From positions 1,682 to 65,681 of the forward strand of contig CAZGZR010000002.1 in the NCBI GenBank assembly GCA_964529745.1: DNA of 64,000 nucleotides. The letters are read 5' to 3'. The notes beneath the pieces are model-generated. The model was not told the DNA's origin. It saw only the letters and a program-made list of their open reading frames with translations, and made no database searches. This document shows positions 49,552-57,820 of the stretch, in pieces. The first letter of the stretch is position 1; each line of letters opens with the position of its first letter. Origin of the DNA: an uncultured Candidatus Bathyarchaeia archaeon. Its GTDB lineage: Archaea > Thermoproteota > Bathyarchaeia > TCS64. The position numbers were made by a program, and so were the translations under genes.

Positions 49552-51408
49552 TCAGCGTCTCAGCGGCTCCAGGGCCGCGTCCACGTTCGGGAGCCCCAGC
49601 TTGTTCAGCTCCTCCGACGTGGGTATGCCCTTCTCGTCCCACCCCATCTCCGCGTAGGCCACCTTTCTCTGCTCCATGAGCTCAGCCCTGTTGGGCGCGA
49701 GCCCCTCGTAGGGCCCGCTTGGGAGAGGCTCATACCACCGCTCGGGGTTGTCGTCGTCCTCTAGGGGGTCCCAGTGTACGTCGGGGCCCCCCAGCAGTAG
49801 GGCGGCCCTCTGGATCTGGATTATCCGCCTGCCGTTGACGTTCATCCAGTCCTCCTGGGTCATCTCCCAGCCCGTCACGGCCTTCATGTATCTCCAGACG
49901 AGGTCGGGAGCCGACCTAGGCATCCCCATTGAGCAGATGACCATGGTGTCCCCCAAGACGCTCCTAGCCTCGCTCAGGGGCGGCCTCGGTATCGAGGTGT
50001 GGTCTCCCCCCTGAACAGAGAGGGCGTACCCCAGGTATGGGAAGTGTTTCCCGGTCCTTATGCCGTGGGCCCCGACCTCGATGCCCTTGAACTGGACGGC
50101 GTACTTCATCACGTCCACACCCTTCATATCCGAGATGACCTTGGCGGCCCTGTACGTGCCCTCAGCCAATACATCCCCTATGGCACGCCTCTCTGCGATG
50201 AGCCTGGCCAGCTCACCCATGGCCTCGGCGTCCCCCCAAACCGGCTTTATCCTGTCGAAGTCCTCCTCGGTGAGTATCCCCCTCTGGTACAGCTCGGCGG
50301 CGAACCCCATGGTGTTGGCGCTGTTGATGCCGCTGAGGCCCAGATCGTCTACTACGGTCGCGACGTGGATCACGCCGTCGGTGTCGAATATCCCCAGGTT
50401 GGTCCCGCAGTACGCCTCAAGCTCGTAGTCTGGGTTGTCGGTTATGTCGCCCTTGAAGGGGCCGGTCTTCACCACGGCCAGCTTCATGCACGCCCTGGTG
50501 CAGCCGTAATCGCTCCAGCACCGCTTCACCCAGTTCCTGGTCTCGAAGTTGATCACGCCTATGCTCTTCTCGTCGTGCCACTCGTCCTGCCAGTTCCTAA
50601 CGGGCTCGGCCGATCTGTCTGCTCCTGTGGAGTAGCCTGAGGCTCCTGTCCCCCAGAGGTTTCTCTGAGGATTGGCGAACCCCGCCTCCTTGGTCGCCTC
50701 CCAGAGCTCCTGCATCATCTCGGGGTGGGCTACGGCTGGCTGGGGGCCCGTGCCCTTGGCGGCTATGGCCTTCAGGTTCTTAGAGCCCATGACCGCCCCG
50801 TATCCGCCGTAACCGCAGGCGTGGGACCACTTCTGCATTATGGCCGTGTTCCTCACCAGGTTCTCCCCGGCCGGGCCGATGTATAAGATGCCGGGCTCCT
50901 TCCAGAGCCCGTACTCCGGCCTCCGCTCCTTGAGGAGGGCCCTCACCTCGTCGTTCAGGGCCATCACCGTCTCCTTCCCTTCGAGCCCCCAGAGCCCTGA
51001 GGCGTCCCTCACCTCTACCTGCCCGTCCGTCACGAGTATGTAGACGGGGGCCTCGGATCTCCCCTTCACGATGAGGCCGTCGTAGCCGGTGCACTTCAGC
51101 TCCATGGCGAACTCGCCGCCCGCGGTGGAGCCCACGATGCCGTTGGAGAGCGGGGACTTCCCGGAGACGCATATCCTGGCGCCCGTGATGTAGCCCGTCA
51201 GGGGCCCGGTGAGCACCGTCATGATGTTCTCGGAGCCGAGGGGGTCCACCTCCGCCCACCTGCTCCCGAGCCTGTCCCAGAGTATCCTCGTCGCCAGGCC
51301 CCGGCCCCCCACGTATTTCCTGAGGGTCTCCTCGTCGGGGTAATAGTCGGTGGCATCGCCGGTGGCGAGGTCGATCTCGGCGATCCTGCCGTTGTACCCG
51401 GGGATCAC
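49552..51408 (-). CDS. Tungsten-containing aldehyde:ferredoxin oxidoreductase family protein
   Basis: 618 aa AOR N- and C-terminal domains. Confidence 0.85.
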   Translation of the reverse strand: MIPGYNGRIAEIDLATGDATDYYPDEETLRKYVGGRGLATRILWDRLGSRWAEVDPLGSENIMTVLTGPLTGYITGARICVSGKSPLSNGIVGSTAGGEFAMELKCTGYDGLIVKGRSEAPVYILVTDGQVEVRDASGLWGLEGKETVMALNDEVRALLKERRPEYGLWKEPGILYIGPAGENLVRNTAIMQKWSHACGYGGYGAVMGSKNLKAIAAKGTGPQPAVAHPEMMQELWEATKEAGFANPQRNLWGTGASGYSTGADRSAEPVRNWQDEWHDEKSIGVINFETRNWVKRCWSDYGCTRACMKLAVVKTGPFKGDITDNPDYELEAYCGTNLGIFDTDGVIHVATVVDDLGLSGINSANTMGFAAELYQRGILTEEDFDRIKPVWGDAEAMGELARLIAERRAIGDVLAEGTYRAAKVISDMKGVDVMKYAVQFKGIEVGAHGIRTGKHFPYLGYALSVQGGDHTSIPRPPLSEARSVLGDTMVICSMGMPRSAPDLVWRYMKAVTGWEMTQEDWMNVNGRRIIQIQRAALLLGGPDVHWDPLEDDDNPERWYEPLPSGPYEGLAPNRAELMEQRKVAYAEMGWDEKGIPTSEELNKLGLPNVDAALEPLRR

Positions 51409-51944
51409 TTGTATAGCTCCTCCCCTTTCTCGCCGTAGAGGTTGACCACCAGGTTTCTGGTGATGTCCTCGGGCTTTATAGCGTACAGGTCATAGTTCTT
51501 TGACGATGTCCTTGTCCCCACGGAGAGGGCTCCGTAACCCGCCTCGACGCACACCTTGGCGCACTCGGGGTCGCCGCCGCAGAGGTCGCATATGACGACG
51601 CGGCCCCCCTCGGGGTGGAGGTGGGGCACCTCGCCGGGGCACGCCTGGATGCAGGCGCCGCAGGTGACGCATTTCTCATCGTCCACGATGACGGCCCCCG
51701 TATCGTCGTCCACCGAGAGGGCGTCCACGGGGCAGCTCGATACGCAGGGGTAGTCGCTGCACTGGGTGCACAGGTGGGGGGCCTCGGCTCCGGGTACCAG
51801 CATGAACACGCGTACCCTGGACGCCTCCGGCCACACACGGCCCTCGTGTTTCATGCTGCAGGCGATCTCGCAGAGCCTGCATCCGCTGCACTTCATGTAG
51901 TCTCTGATCACCCACGGCTTCATTACCGGCACGGGTCTACTCAA
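51405..51944 (-). CDS. 4Fe-4S (poly)ferredoxin, AOR-associated electron-transfer subunit
   Basis: Four CxxCxxCxxxCP-like clusters. 4-nt overlap with the AOR gene. Confidence 0.7.
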   Translation of the reverse strand: MSRPVPVMKPWVIRDYMKCSGCRLCEIACSMKHEGRVWPEASRVRVFMLVPGAEAPHLCTQCSDYPCVSSCPVDALSVDDDTGAVIVDDEKCVTCGACIQACPGEVPHLHPEGGRVVICDLCGGDPECAKVCVEAGYGALSVGTRTSSKNYDLYAIKPEDITRNLVVNLYGEKGEELYK

Positions 51945-52064
51945 TATGATTCACAAGGGCTTTCGGAATCTTCATACAATAAATGGTTTTCGAGTGGATA
52001 GGTTTGTATCGCTGCCAGAAAAACAGTTATCCTGTGCGATCCATTTGGGGTGGGTGACTGAGCG

Positions 52065-52301
52065 TTGATAAGTGTTCGTGTCCGGCTGTACGGCGAGCTG
52101 AGGGAGCGTCTCGACGCGGCGGGCCCCGATGGGACGTTGAGCCTGCCGGAGGGATCGACGCTTGAGACGCTCAACGAGAGCCTGGGGATACCCATCGAGG
52201 ACGTGGTGGTGACGCTGGTCAACGGTGTCGCCGTTAGCCGGGGCGCCGTTCTCCGGGATGGGGATCGGGTTGACGTGTTTCCTCCTCTGGCAGGTGGATG
52301 A
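52065..52301 (+). CDS. MoaD/ThiS-family sulfur-carrier protein
   Basis: 78 aa ending in GG (..FPPLAGG). Divergent from the AOR operon. Confidence 0.65.
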   Translation: MISVRVRLYGELRERLDAAGPDGTLSLPEGSTLETLNESLGIPIEDVVVTLVNGVAVSRGAVLRDGDRVDVFPPLAGG

Positions 52302-52803
52302 ACGCGCAGCCTCCTACTCTGGGGATGCTCGTCGCCGTGGCGTGGTTCAGGTGTGCTCGCGGAGTTTGGTTTCCTATAAATGCGAAGTGCCCGAATGTTC
52401 TCGCCTGGAGATGCAGTTTCTCTCTGAGCCAAAGCCCAGCGAGTACTTGGAAGCCCATCTCTTCGGCTCCGCGGTTCCTCGGCCTTTCGCTTCTTTGGCC
52501 GTGGGTCCGCTCCCATTCGGGCAAAGGGTATATGTACACGGAATATATATTTCGGTTCCGTTTCACGGCGAAGGTAACGGGTACGGGTGTTTTATAAGGC
52601 CAGCCCCCGTTTTTTAACTCGCGCCTGTTAAGAACGTCGCATCTCGTTGAGGCAACCGTATTTTGATCTCACCCTGTTAATATCCAGCCTCTGCCACGCC
52701 TGTTTTTAATTCATGTGTCAAACCGTCCCCTCCACCGGGTGAGAGTTATCGCATGCGTCCACGTAGCTACTCTTAAAAACCGGGAAATGTTAATTGGGTG
52801 CGC

Positions 52804-52881
52804 GGGCCCGTAGCTCAGCACGGATAGAGCACAGCCCTCCTAAGGCTGGGGTCGAGGGTTCGAATCCCCCCGGGCCCGCCA
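52804..52881 (+). tRNA. tRNA-Arg (anticodon CCT), CCA encoded
   Basis: GGGCCCG-TA-GCTC-AGCACGGATA-GAGC-A-CAGCC-CTCCTAA-GGCTG-GGGTC-GAGGG-TTCGAAT-CCCCC-CGGGCCC-G-CCA. Acceptor and anticodon stems are perfect. Confidence 0.8.
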
Positions 52882-52882
52882 C
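52856..52882 (+). repeat. attL (within the tRNA-Arg 3' end)
   Basis: Exact 27-nt match to 57477-57503. Confidence 0.85.
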
Positions 52883-52898
52883 GAACCCCCCTGGGACA

Positions 52899-54047
52899 TT
52901 ATTTGAGTTTACGATACAGATGCAGGTCATCGAACTCATCGACCTTGTTGAAACCTGCTTCTAGTAGAGATATGGCCTCTTCATGCGTCTTGGCTACCTT
53001 CACGGTGAAATTGTTTTCATCGTGGAACATGGCTTCCGATAGCTGTATGTATTTCAGAGTATGGTTTATCGTCTTGTGACCTAGGAACTGCTGAACATAC
53101 ACGATATCTTTTGTTTGATGATAGAGCATTGTGGCCTTCCAGTGTCGGAACGTATGGAATGTTATTTTCTTTATCCTGTTGTTCTGGAGTTTGTACGCTG
53201 CGCGTTTTCTAGCACGTAAAACGTTCCTGTTTAGCGTCTTCTTTGTCTTTGCGTACAGCTTGTTTGTACCATGTTTTCTCTTGGCTTCGAGAAGCATGTT
53301 GATACATCGGTGAGTTATCTTCGTTATTCGTGGGTTGCTTCCTTTTTCTGGACTAATCCGAATCGTGTTAGACTCCAGATCAATGTCATCCCATGTACCA
53401 TCAAGAGCTTCGCCTTTCCTCAAAGCCGTCTCTTTGGCCAATTGAAGAATAGCTGCTTCCTCTATGTTACAATTCGCAATCAGATTATCAATTTCTGATT
53501 CAGTTGGGATAAATGGAAAAGTTTGTTTCTCTGTGAACTTTGGTTTTTCCCATTCCATTCCCATCATTGACAGAAAATCTGTGTATGTGTCGCATGCTCT
53601 GTTCTTGCTCTTCCCAACCCATTTCTGCTCAGCTATCTTTAACTTCACTGATTCAGGGTCAAGAAGAATTGCTCCTCTTTTCGCTAGTACCTTTATGTGT
53701 CGATGTCTGCGTTCAATTGTTGGCTCTGCGAGTCCACGTTTTTTCATGTGAAATATGAACTCTAGAAGCAGTTTTTCCGTGTCTGAGATATTCCCCGTAG
53801 CTCCTACTTTAGTTGTAGCTACGATCAAGTTTTTCGACTCCTTAGAGATGTCGCCTACTTGACAACCAATACTCTGATTCTGGGCTGATATATTTTCTGC
53901 GATGAACTTTCTACCACAGATATTACAGCTTCGACGCTGATAGATCTTATCTTTCCTCGTTATTTTTCCTTCTTTATGGTTTTCAGTACTTCCACATCTA
54001 GGACTAACTAATCTTGCGCTTTCACCTCCTTCAACCTCTTTCAACAT
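52899..54047 (-). CDS. Tyrosine recombinase/integrase (intact, pNOB8-type arrangement next to att), N-terminal Zn-finger-like region
   Basis: Box I (ALRKGEALDGTWDDIDL), box II (HTFRHWKATML), catalytic Tyr (HTLKYIQL). CGS...CNICGRKF at the N-terminus. Confidence 0.85.
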   Translation of the reverse strand: MLKEVEGGESARLVSPRCGSTENHKEGKITRKDKIYQRRSCNICGRKFIAENISAQNQSIGCQVGDISKESKNLIVATTKVGATGNISDTEKLLLEFIFHMKKRGLAEPTIERRHRHIKVLAKRGAILLDPESVKLKIAEQKWVGKSKNRACDTYTDFLSMMGMEWEKPKFTEKQTFPFIPTESEIDNLIANCNIEEAAILQLAKETALRKGEALDGTWDDIDLESNTIRISPEKGSNPRITKITHRCINMLLEAKRKHGTNKLYAKTKKTLNRNVLRARKRAAYKLQNNRIKKITFHTFRHWKATMLYHQTKDIVYVQQFLGHKTINHTLKYIQLSEAMFHDENNFTVKVAKTHEEAISLLEAGFNKVDEFDDLHLYRKLK

Positions 54048-54058
54048 TTTAAAAACTT

Positions 54059-54544
54059 TTAATCAGGTAATGTTTCGGATATGGCCTGAACGATCCTTTT
54101 AGCCAGCTCCAGCTCTTTCGAAAGTCTTTCCCTGTAAGTAGCCACATTAGATAGTTCCTCAATAAAATTAGTCAGTATCTTATCAGGTGGAAATAGGCTA
54201 GTTGGATCATACCGGGATAGATCAGTATCTTCTTCATCTGTCCATGTATTGTAGATAAGCCCAGAAGGAAGATAGTATGTTTCCATTGTGGCTAGAATGT
54301 TATCAGCTATGATACTTGTTTCTTCGATTTTCACTTTGAAGTTGTGTTTCTTCATTAGGGGAAGCATGGTTTTTAGAAGCTCGGAGTATTGTTTTCTCAG
54401 TGTTTCGTCGTCTGCTTCATTGGGTTCGAAGGTGTATCCTATGAGGACGTTTTCTGTGATTTCGGATAGGTTTAACCCCATCTCTTTGGCTTTTTGAACC
54501 GCTTCTTTATTTACACTCAGGTTCAACCTCTGTTTCTCAGACAT
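54059..54544 (-). CDS. Ribbon-helix-helix (CopG/Arc-like) N-terminal domain protein with C-terminal extension
   Basis: MSEKQRLNLSVNKEAVQKAKEMGLNLSEITENVL is a typical RHH beta-alpha-alpha. Confidence 0.5.
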   Translation of the reverse strand: MSEKQRLNLSVNKEAVQKAKEMGLNLSEITENVLIGYTFEPNEADDETLRKQYSELLKTMLPLMKKHNFKVKIEETSIIADNILATMETYYLPSGLIYNTWTDEEDTDLSRYDPTSLFPPDKILTNFIEELSNVATYRERLSKELELAKRIVQAISETLPD

Positions 54545-54633
54545 ATCATTCTATACGCATACCAATACGTATATAAATTGTGCGTATATTAATGCGCATA
54601 ATCACTCAATTAACCCCTTTTTTATATTTTTAC

Positions 54634-54757
54634 GCCGTATATTAATGCCGTTTCCTATTGCCGTATGTTAATGCCGTTTCCTATTGCCGTATATTAATGC
54701 CGTTTCCTGATGCCGTATATTAATGCCGTTTCCTGATGCCGCATATTAATGCCGTTT
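54634..54757. repeat. 4.7 tandem copies of a 26-bp iteron (gccgtatattaatgccgtttcctatt), putative replication origin/Rep binding array
   Basis: Seen directly in the sequence. Copies differ at 1-2 positions. There are no spacers, so it is not CRISPR. Confidence 0.8.
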
Positions 54758-55113
54758 TTTTATATAAACTGATTTTGAAAAAATGACTTACGTATCAAAA
54801 AATGTGAACATAAAAGATATAAATAAGATAAATACAATATTAAATGAGAAGCGCTTTCTCCACAGAAGGATAAAATAGGTTTTAGCCCCCACGCCAGGGG
54901 GAGAAACCTAGGTCTTTCCGCCCCTTCTGTGTATTATTCAATTATATATTAATTTTTATATAAATTCATCATTCGATTTTACTTTTATTAAGATACTGTC
55001 TATGTATATTGTGCATGTATTTTTTTCTCATTAACAAGTTTGAATTAGTCATATTATTATCAAGTCGTGGCGGGTTGGCGCTTCGCGCCTTCCCCGCCAA
55101 TCCATTAGAGATT

Positions 55114-55986
55114 TCATTCAACAGTATGTTTCAACAATATTGCCCAAGGAGATACTCCATACTGAATAATTTCAATATTGGCTATAAATGTAGCACCTAT
55201 TTCCTTTTTATCTGGATTGGTATTTCTTCTTGAAAAATTCAAATATGATGTTTTTACTAAATCTTCATTTGCTTTTCCTAATACATGTATTTCAAAATAT
55301 GAAAATACATTAATATCCCTCTCCTCTATCATCGTCTTTATTTCATCATCATATATTAGATTCAGTATTCTTTCATTATGGTCAGTACTATATATAAATT
55401 CACTATCATGCTCATCAATAAATAATATAAATCTGCCATTTATTGTATTTTCCTTTTTATTATCAAATTTCCACTGTCTTAAATATGATGCATTGAAATC
55501 AACATCTAAATGTTCTTCTTTTAATGGTGCCACCTTAGATAATTCTTTTATTGTATATGCCTTTGCAGAATAAAAATACATTCTTGATCCATCCCAACAT
55601 TTTATTCCTCTTTCGAGATATTCATTTATTTCGCTTGGATTTTTTAAGGAATTTGATATCAACATACCCGAATTAATGTTTTGTAATAAATAATCTGATT
55701 CATGTGCTCTTGCTTCAGCGATATCATCTAATAAATCTGTAATATCTGAACCTGTAAAATTACCTCTTTTAATACTAAGCGCAATATTACCATCAGGGGA
55801 AAAAATAGGTTTTTTTAAAACACATTTATATTTTAATGATGGAGGTTCCCCAATAAAATTAATTATTTTATCAATGCTTGGTTGGATAACATTTTCCCTA
55901 ATCACCTGATAACCTAATAATTCTAAAAGTTTTTTAATTTGATATTCTGCTGTTGAACCAATCATTGGTGCCAGGTGACCTGACAA
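55114..55986 (-). CDS. Hypothetical protein (AT-rich cargo; possible nuclease-like)
   Basis: 290 aa with no confident motif. A possible D..(D/Q)xK patch is HLDVDFNASYLRQWK. Confidence 0.45.
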   Translation of the reverse strand: MSGHLAPMIGSTAEYQIKKLLELLGYQVIRENVIQPSIDKIINFIGEPPSLKYKCVLKKPIFSPDGNIALSIKRGNFTGSDITDLLDDIAEARAHESDYLLQNINSGMLISNSLKNPSEINEYLERGIKCWDGSRMYFYSAKAYTIKELSKVAPLKEEHLDVDFNASYLRQWKFDNKKENTINGRFILFIDEHDSEFIYSTDHNERILNLIYDDEIKTMIEERDINVFSYFEIHVLGKANEDLVKTSYLNFSRRNTNPDKKEIGATFIANIEIIQYGVSPWAILLKHTVE

Positions 55987-55991
55987 ATTTG

Positions 55992-56447
55992 TTATCCCTC
56001 ATCGGGAATTCTAATGTAATGATATCTTCCTTCCCTTTCTATTCTCCTCAATACTCCTCTTTGGACTAGTCTTCTCAGATAAACACCAATAGCACCAGCT
56101 GAATCAGGAACAGCATTTATTTCAAGTGCTCTAGCTACTTCTGCCGAAGATCTTGGAGTTCTACCCCAATCTGTATCGAATAAAGATTGAATATTGGATA
56201 TTGTACTCCTTTGAACTCTAATAACTGGAACCTCAGATGTCGGAGCTTCTAAGATTTCTTCTTCAGTAGGTGTTTCAATATCAACCCTTTCGCCTTCTCC
56301 TAAAATTTCATTTACTTCATCTATGAATTCCTTAATCTGTTCAAGATTCGTTCTTAAAAATTCAAGGCTACCTGTTACAGATAATTCGTAAGTGTTACCT
56401 TTTATTTTAAAATGAAATTCCTGAGATTCGTCTTCTGTCATTCCCAT
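55992..56447 (-). CDS. Hypothetical protein with C-terminal winged-helix DNA-binding domain
   Basis: C-terminus AEVARALEINAVPDSAGAIGVYLRRLVQRGVLRRIEREGRYHYIRIP resembles a wHTH. Confidence 0.5.
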   Translation of the reverse strand: MGMTEDESQEFHFKIKGNTYELSVTGSLEFLRTNLEQIKEFIDEVNEILGEGERVDIETPTEEEILEAPTSEVPVIRVQRSTISNIQSLFDTDWGRTPRSSAEVARALEINAVPDSAGAIGVYLRRLVQRGVLRRIEREGRYHYIRIPDEG

Positions 56448-56452
56448 ATTTA

Positions 56453-57397
56453 CTATAAAGCTTTATAGAATGTAAAATATTCGGATGAATGGATTTTCCA
56501 AAAATCGTTATAAGATAACTCAACACTCCAAGAGACATATTTTCCGTTAATATCAGCCCAGAACCCGACAAGATACCACTTGTATATCGAGTTACCTTCA
56601 AGATCCACCTGACCACGAGGACTATCATCCTTCTCCTCAACAAGAAACAACCCAAAACCCTTCGAAACAGAAAAAGCCCGCTTACGGAAAATCCACATCA
56701 AAGCAAGAGATAAGACCATATTACGATTCCGCTTCTCAGTCAACAACGCATTATTCACCTTAGTAACATACTTCAACACATAACCCACACCAGCACCAAG
56801 ACTGTACAACCCGAACACGTCACTAAAGCCCCACTTCCAATAACTCGTGAGTAACGCCTTCTCCTTGATCCTCCACTTCCCATTATAGAAGAAAGTCTCA
56901 AACTCAGTTTCACGAAAAAGAGCTATACAATGAATATGCGGATAACCATCACGCTGAGCCTCCCACACACGAATAAGATCAAATTTACCATACCTCCTCT
57001 GTATACCTGATCTTGTCCTGTTGAATAATTTCCCAATCTCTTCCCAAGCCTGATCGAGACTCATCTTCCTCCTAAATGTGAAAGTAATGAACAATGCTCT
57101 CGTTTTCTGTATCTTGTTCCGATCCTTAGGATTGAAGAACTCGATATTCGGTAAATTCAATAAATGTTTTAACCGCTTACCTAGTTTCCAAGCATAAACA
57201 TCGTTACCACGTTTCGCGGCCTTAACCGCCTTGTACTCTTTCTCATAAGTGTGTATATTCTCTTTTCTGAATATCAAATACTCAACATATTTTGACCACT
57301 CGATGAAATACTCGATTATCTGATCCAAATCCGGATTCGAATGTCCAAGTAATGATTTATACCACCCAAGTCTGGGTTTAGGTTTTTTAAATGACAT
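56453..57397 (-). CDS. HUH-superfamily rolling-circle replication initiator (phiX174 gpA-like, two-Tyr motif III)
   Basis: Motif I FITFTF, motif II HIHCIALF (HUH), motif III GVGYVLKYVTK (YxxKYxxK as in the phiX174 A protein). Confidence 0.75.
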   Translation of the reverse strand: MSFKKPKPRLGWYKSLLGHSNPDLDQIIEYFIEWSKYVEYLIFRKENIHTYEKEYKAVKAAKRGNDVYAWKLGKRLKHLLNLPNIEFFNPKDRNKIQKTRALFITFTFRRKMSLDQAWEEIGKLFNRTRSGIQRRYGKFDLIRVWEAQRDGYPHIHCIALFRETEFETFFYNGKWRIKEKALLTSYWKWGFSDVFGLYSLGAGVGYVLKYVTKVNNALLTEKRNRNMVLSLALMWIFRKRAFSVSKGFGLFLVEEKDDSPRGQVDLEGNSIYKWYLVGFWADINGKYVSWSVELSYNDFWKIHSSEYFTFYKAL

Positions 57398-57476
57398 AAA
57401 ACAGGCATTGAGCCTGTCCTAGATTGTGGATGAAAAAAAGAAGGAAAGTACACGGTGAATATCTCCATGTCGGGAA

Positions 57477-57503
57477 GGGTTCGAATCCCCCCGGGCCCGC
57501 CAC
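57477..57503 (+). repeat. attR (duplicated tRNA-Arg 3' end)
   Basis: Exact 27-nt copy of 52856-52882. The upstream gtcg also matches. Confidence 0.85.
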
Positions 57504-57734
57504 CTTGACAAGCGAATACCTTGTCTTTTTTACCTTCTTTGACTGGGACCGGCGAGAATTGAACTTACGAATAAACGCACGCTTAGCGAGTGTGATTTGT
57601 GCTTGAAATCCGTGTGGGGTCCCACCCCACGCACCATGTTTTGGTAACAGTGGGCAGTAACTTTAGGCCTTTTTTTCGTATCTATTTTTTAATGGTATGG
57701 TCTTGGGGGAGATAGTAATATCATCCTTTATGTA

Positions 57735-57760
57735 GGGTCCGAATCCCCCGTGCCCGCCAC
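57735..57760 (+). repeat. Decayed third copy of the tRNA-Arg att core (gggtccgaatcccccgtgcccgccac; 3 differences)
   Basis: Compared directly with attL/attR. Confidence 0.4.
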
Positions 57761-57820
57761 ACATAGACCTGTGCGTGGGAGGAAGCAGGTTAATGGATAC
57801 GCTCAGGATGCGTGCTCACA

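Larger units (their letters stand above)
52856..57503. mobile_element. Integrated rolling-circle plasmid/virus-like element (about 4.6 kb) in the 3' end of tRNA-Arg
   Basis: 27-bp perfect direct repeats gggttcgaatccccccgggcccgccac at 52856-52882 and 57477-57503. The content is integrase, RHH protein, iterons, two AT-rich ORFs and an HUH Rep, and is AT-richer than the flanks. Confidence 0.8.

Noticed and set aside
52225-52617. Overlapping ORFs of 99-130 aa in the 500-bp MoaD-to-tRNA-Arg intergenic region
   Set aside because: They are mutually overlapping in several frames, with no motifs and atypical composition. This is probably non-coding leader or integration-site-adjacent DNA.
54634-54757. 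Possible CRISPR array
   Set aside because: The repeats are directly abutting 26-bp units with no intervening spacers and sit inside a plasmid-like element. This is an iteron array, not CRISPR.
57611-57638. Possible tRNA 3' half (…cccaccccacgcacca)
   Set aside because: No compatible acceptor or D arm exists upstream. It is a hairpin that mimics a tRNA-Leu tail, interpreted as att debris.
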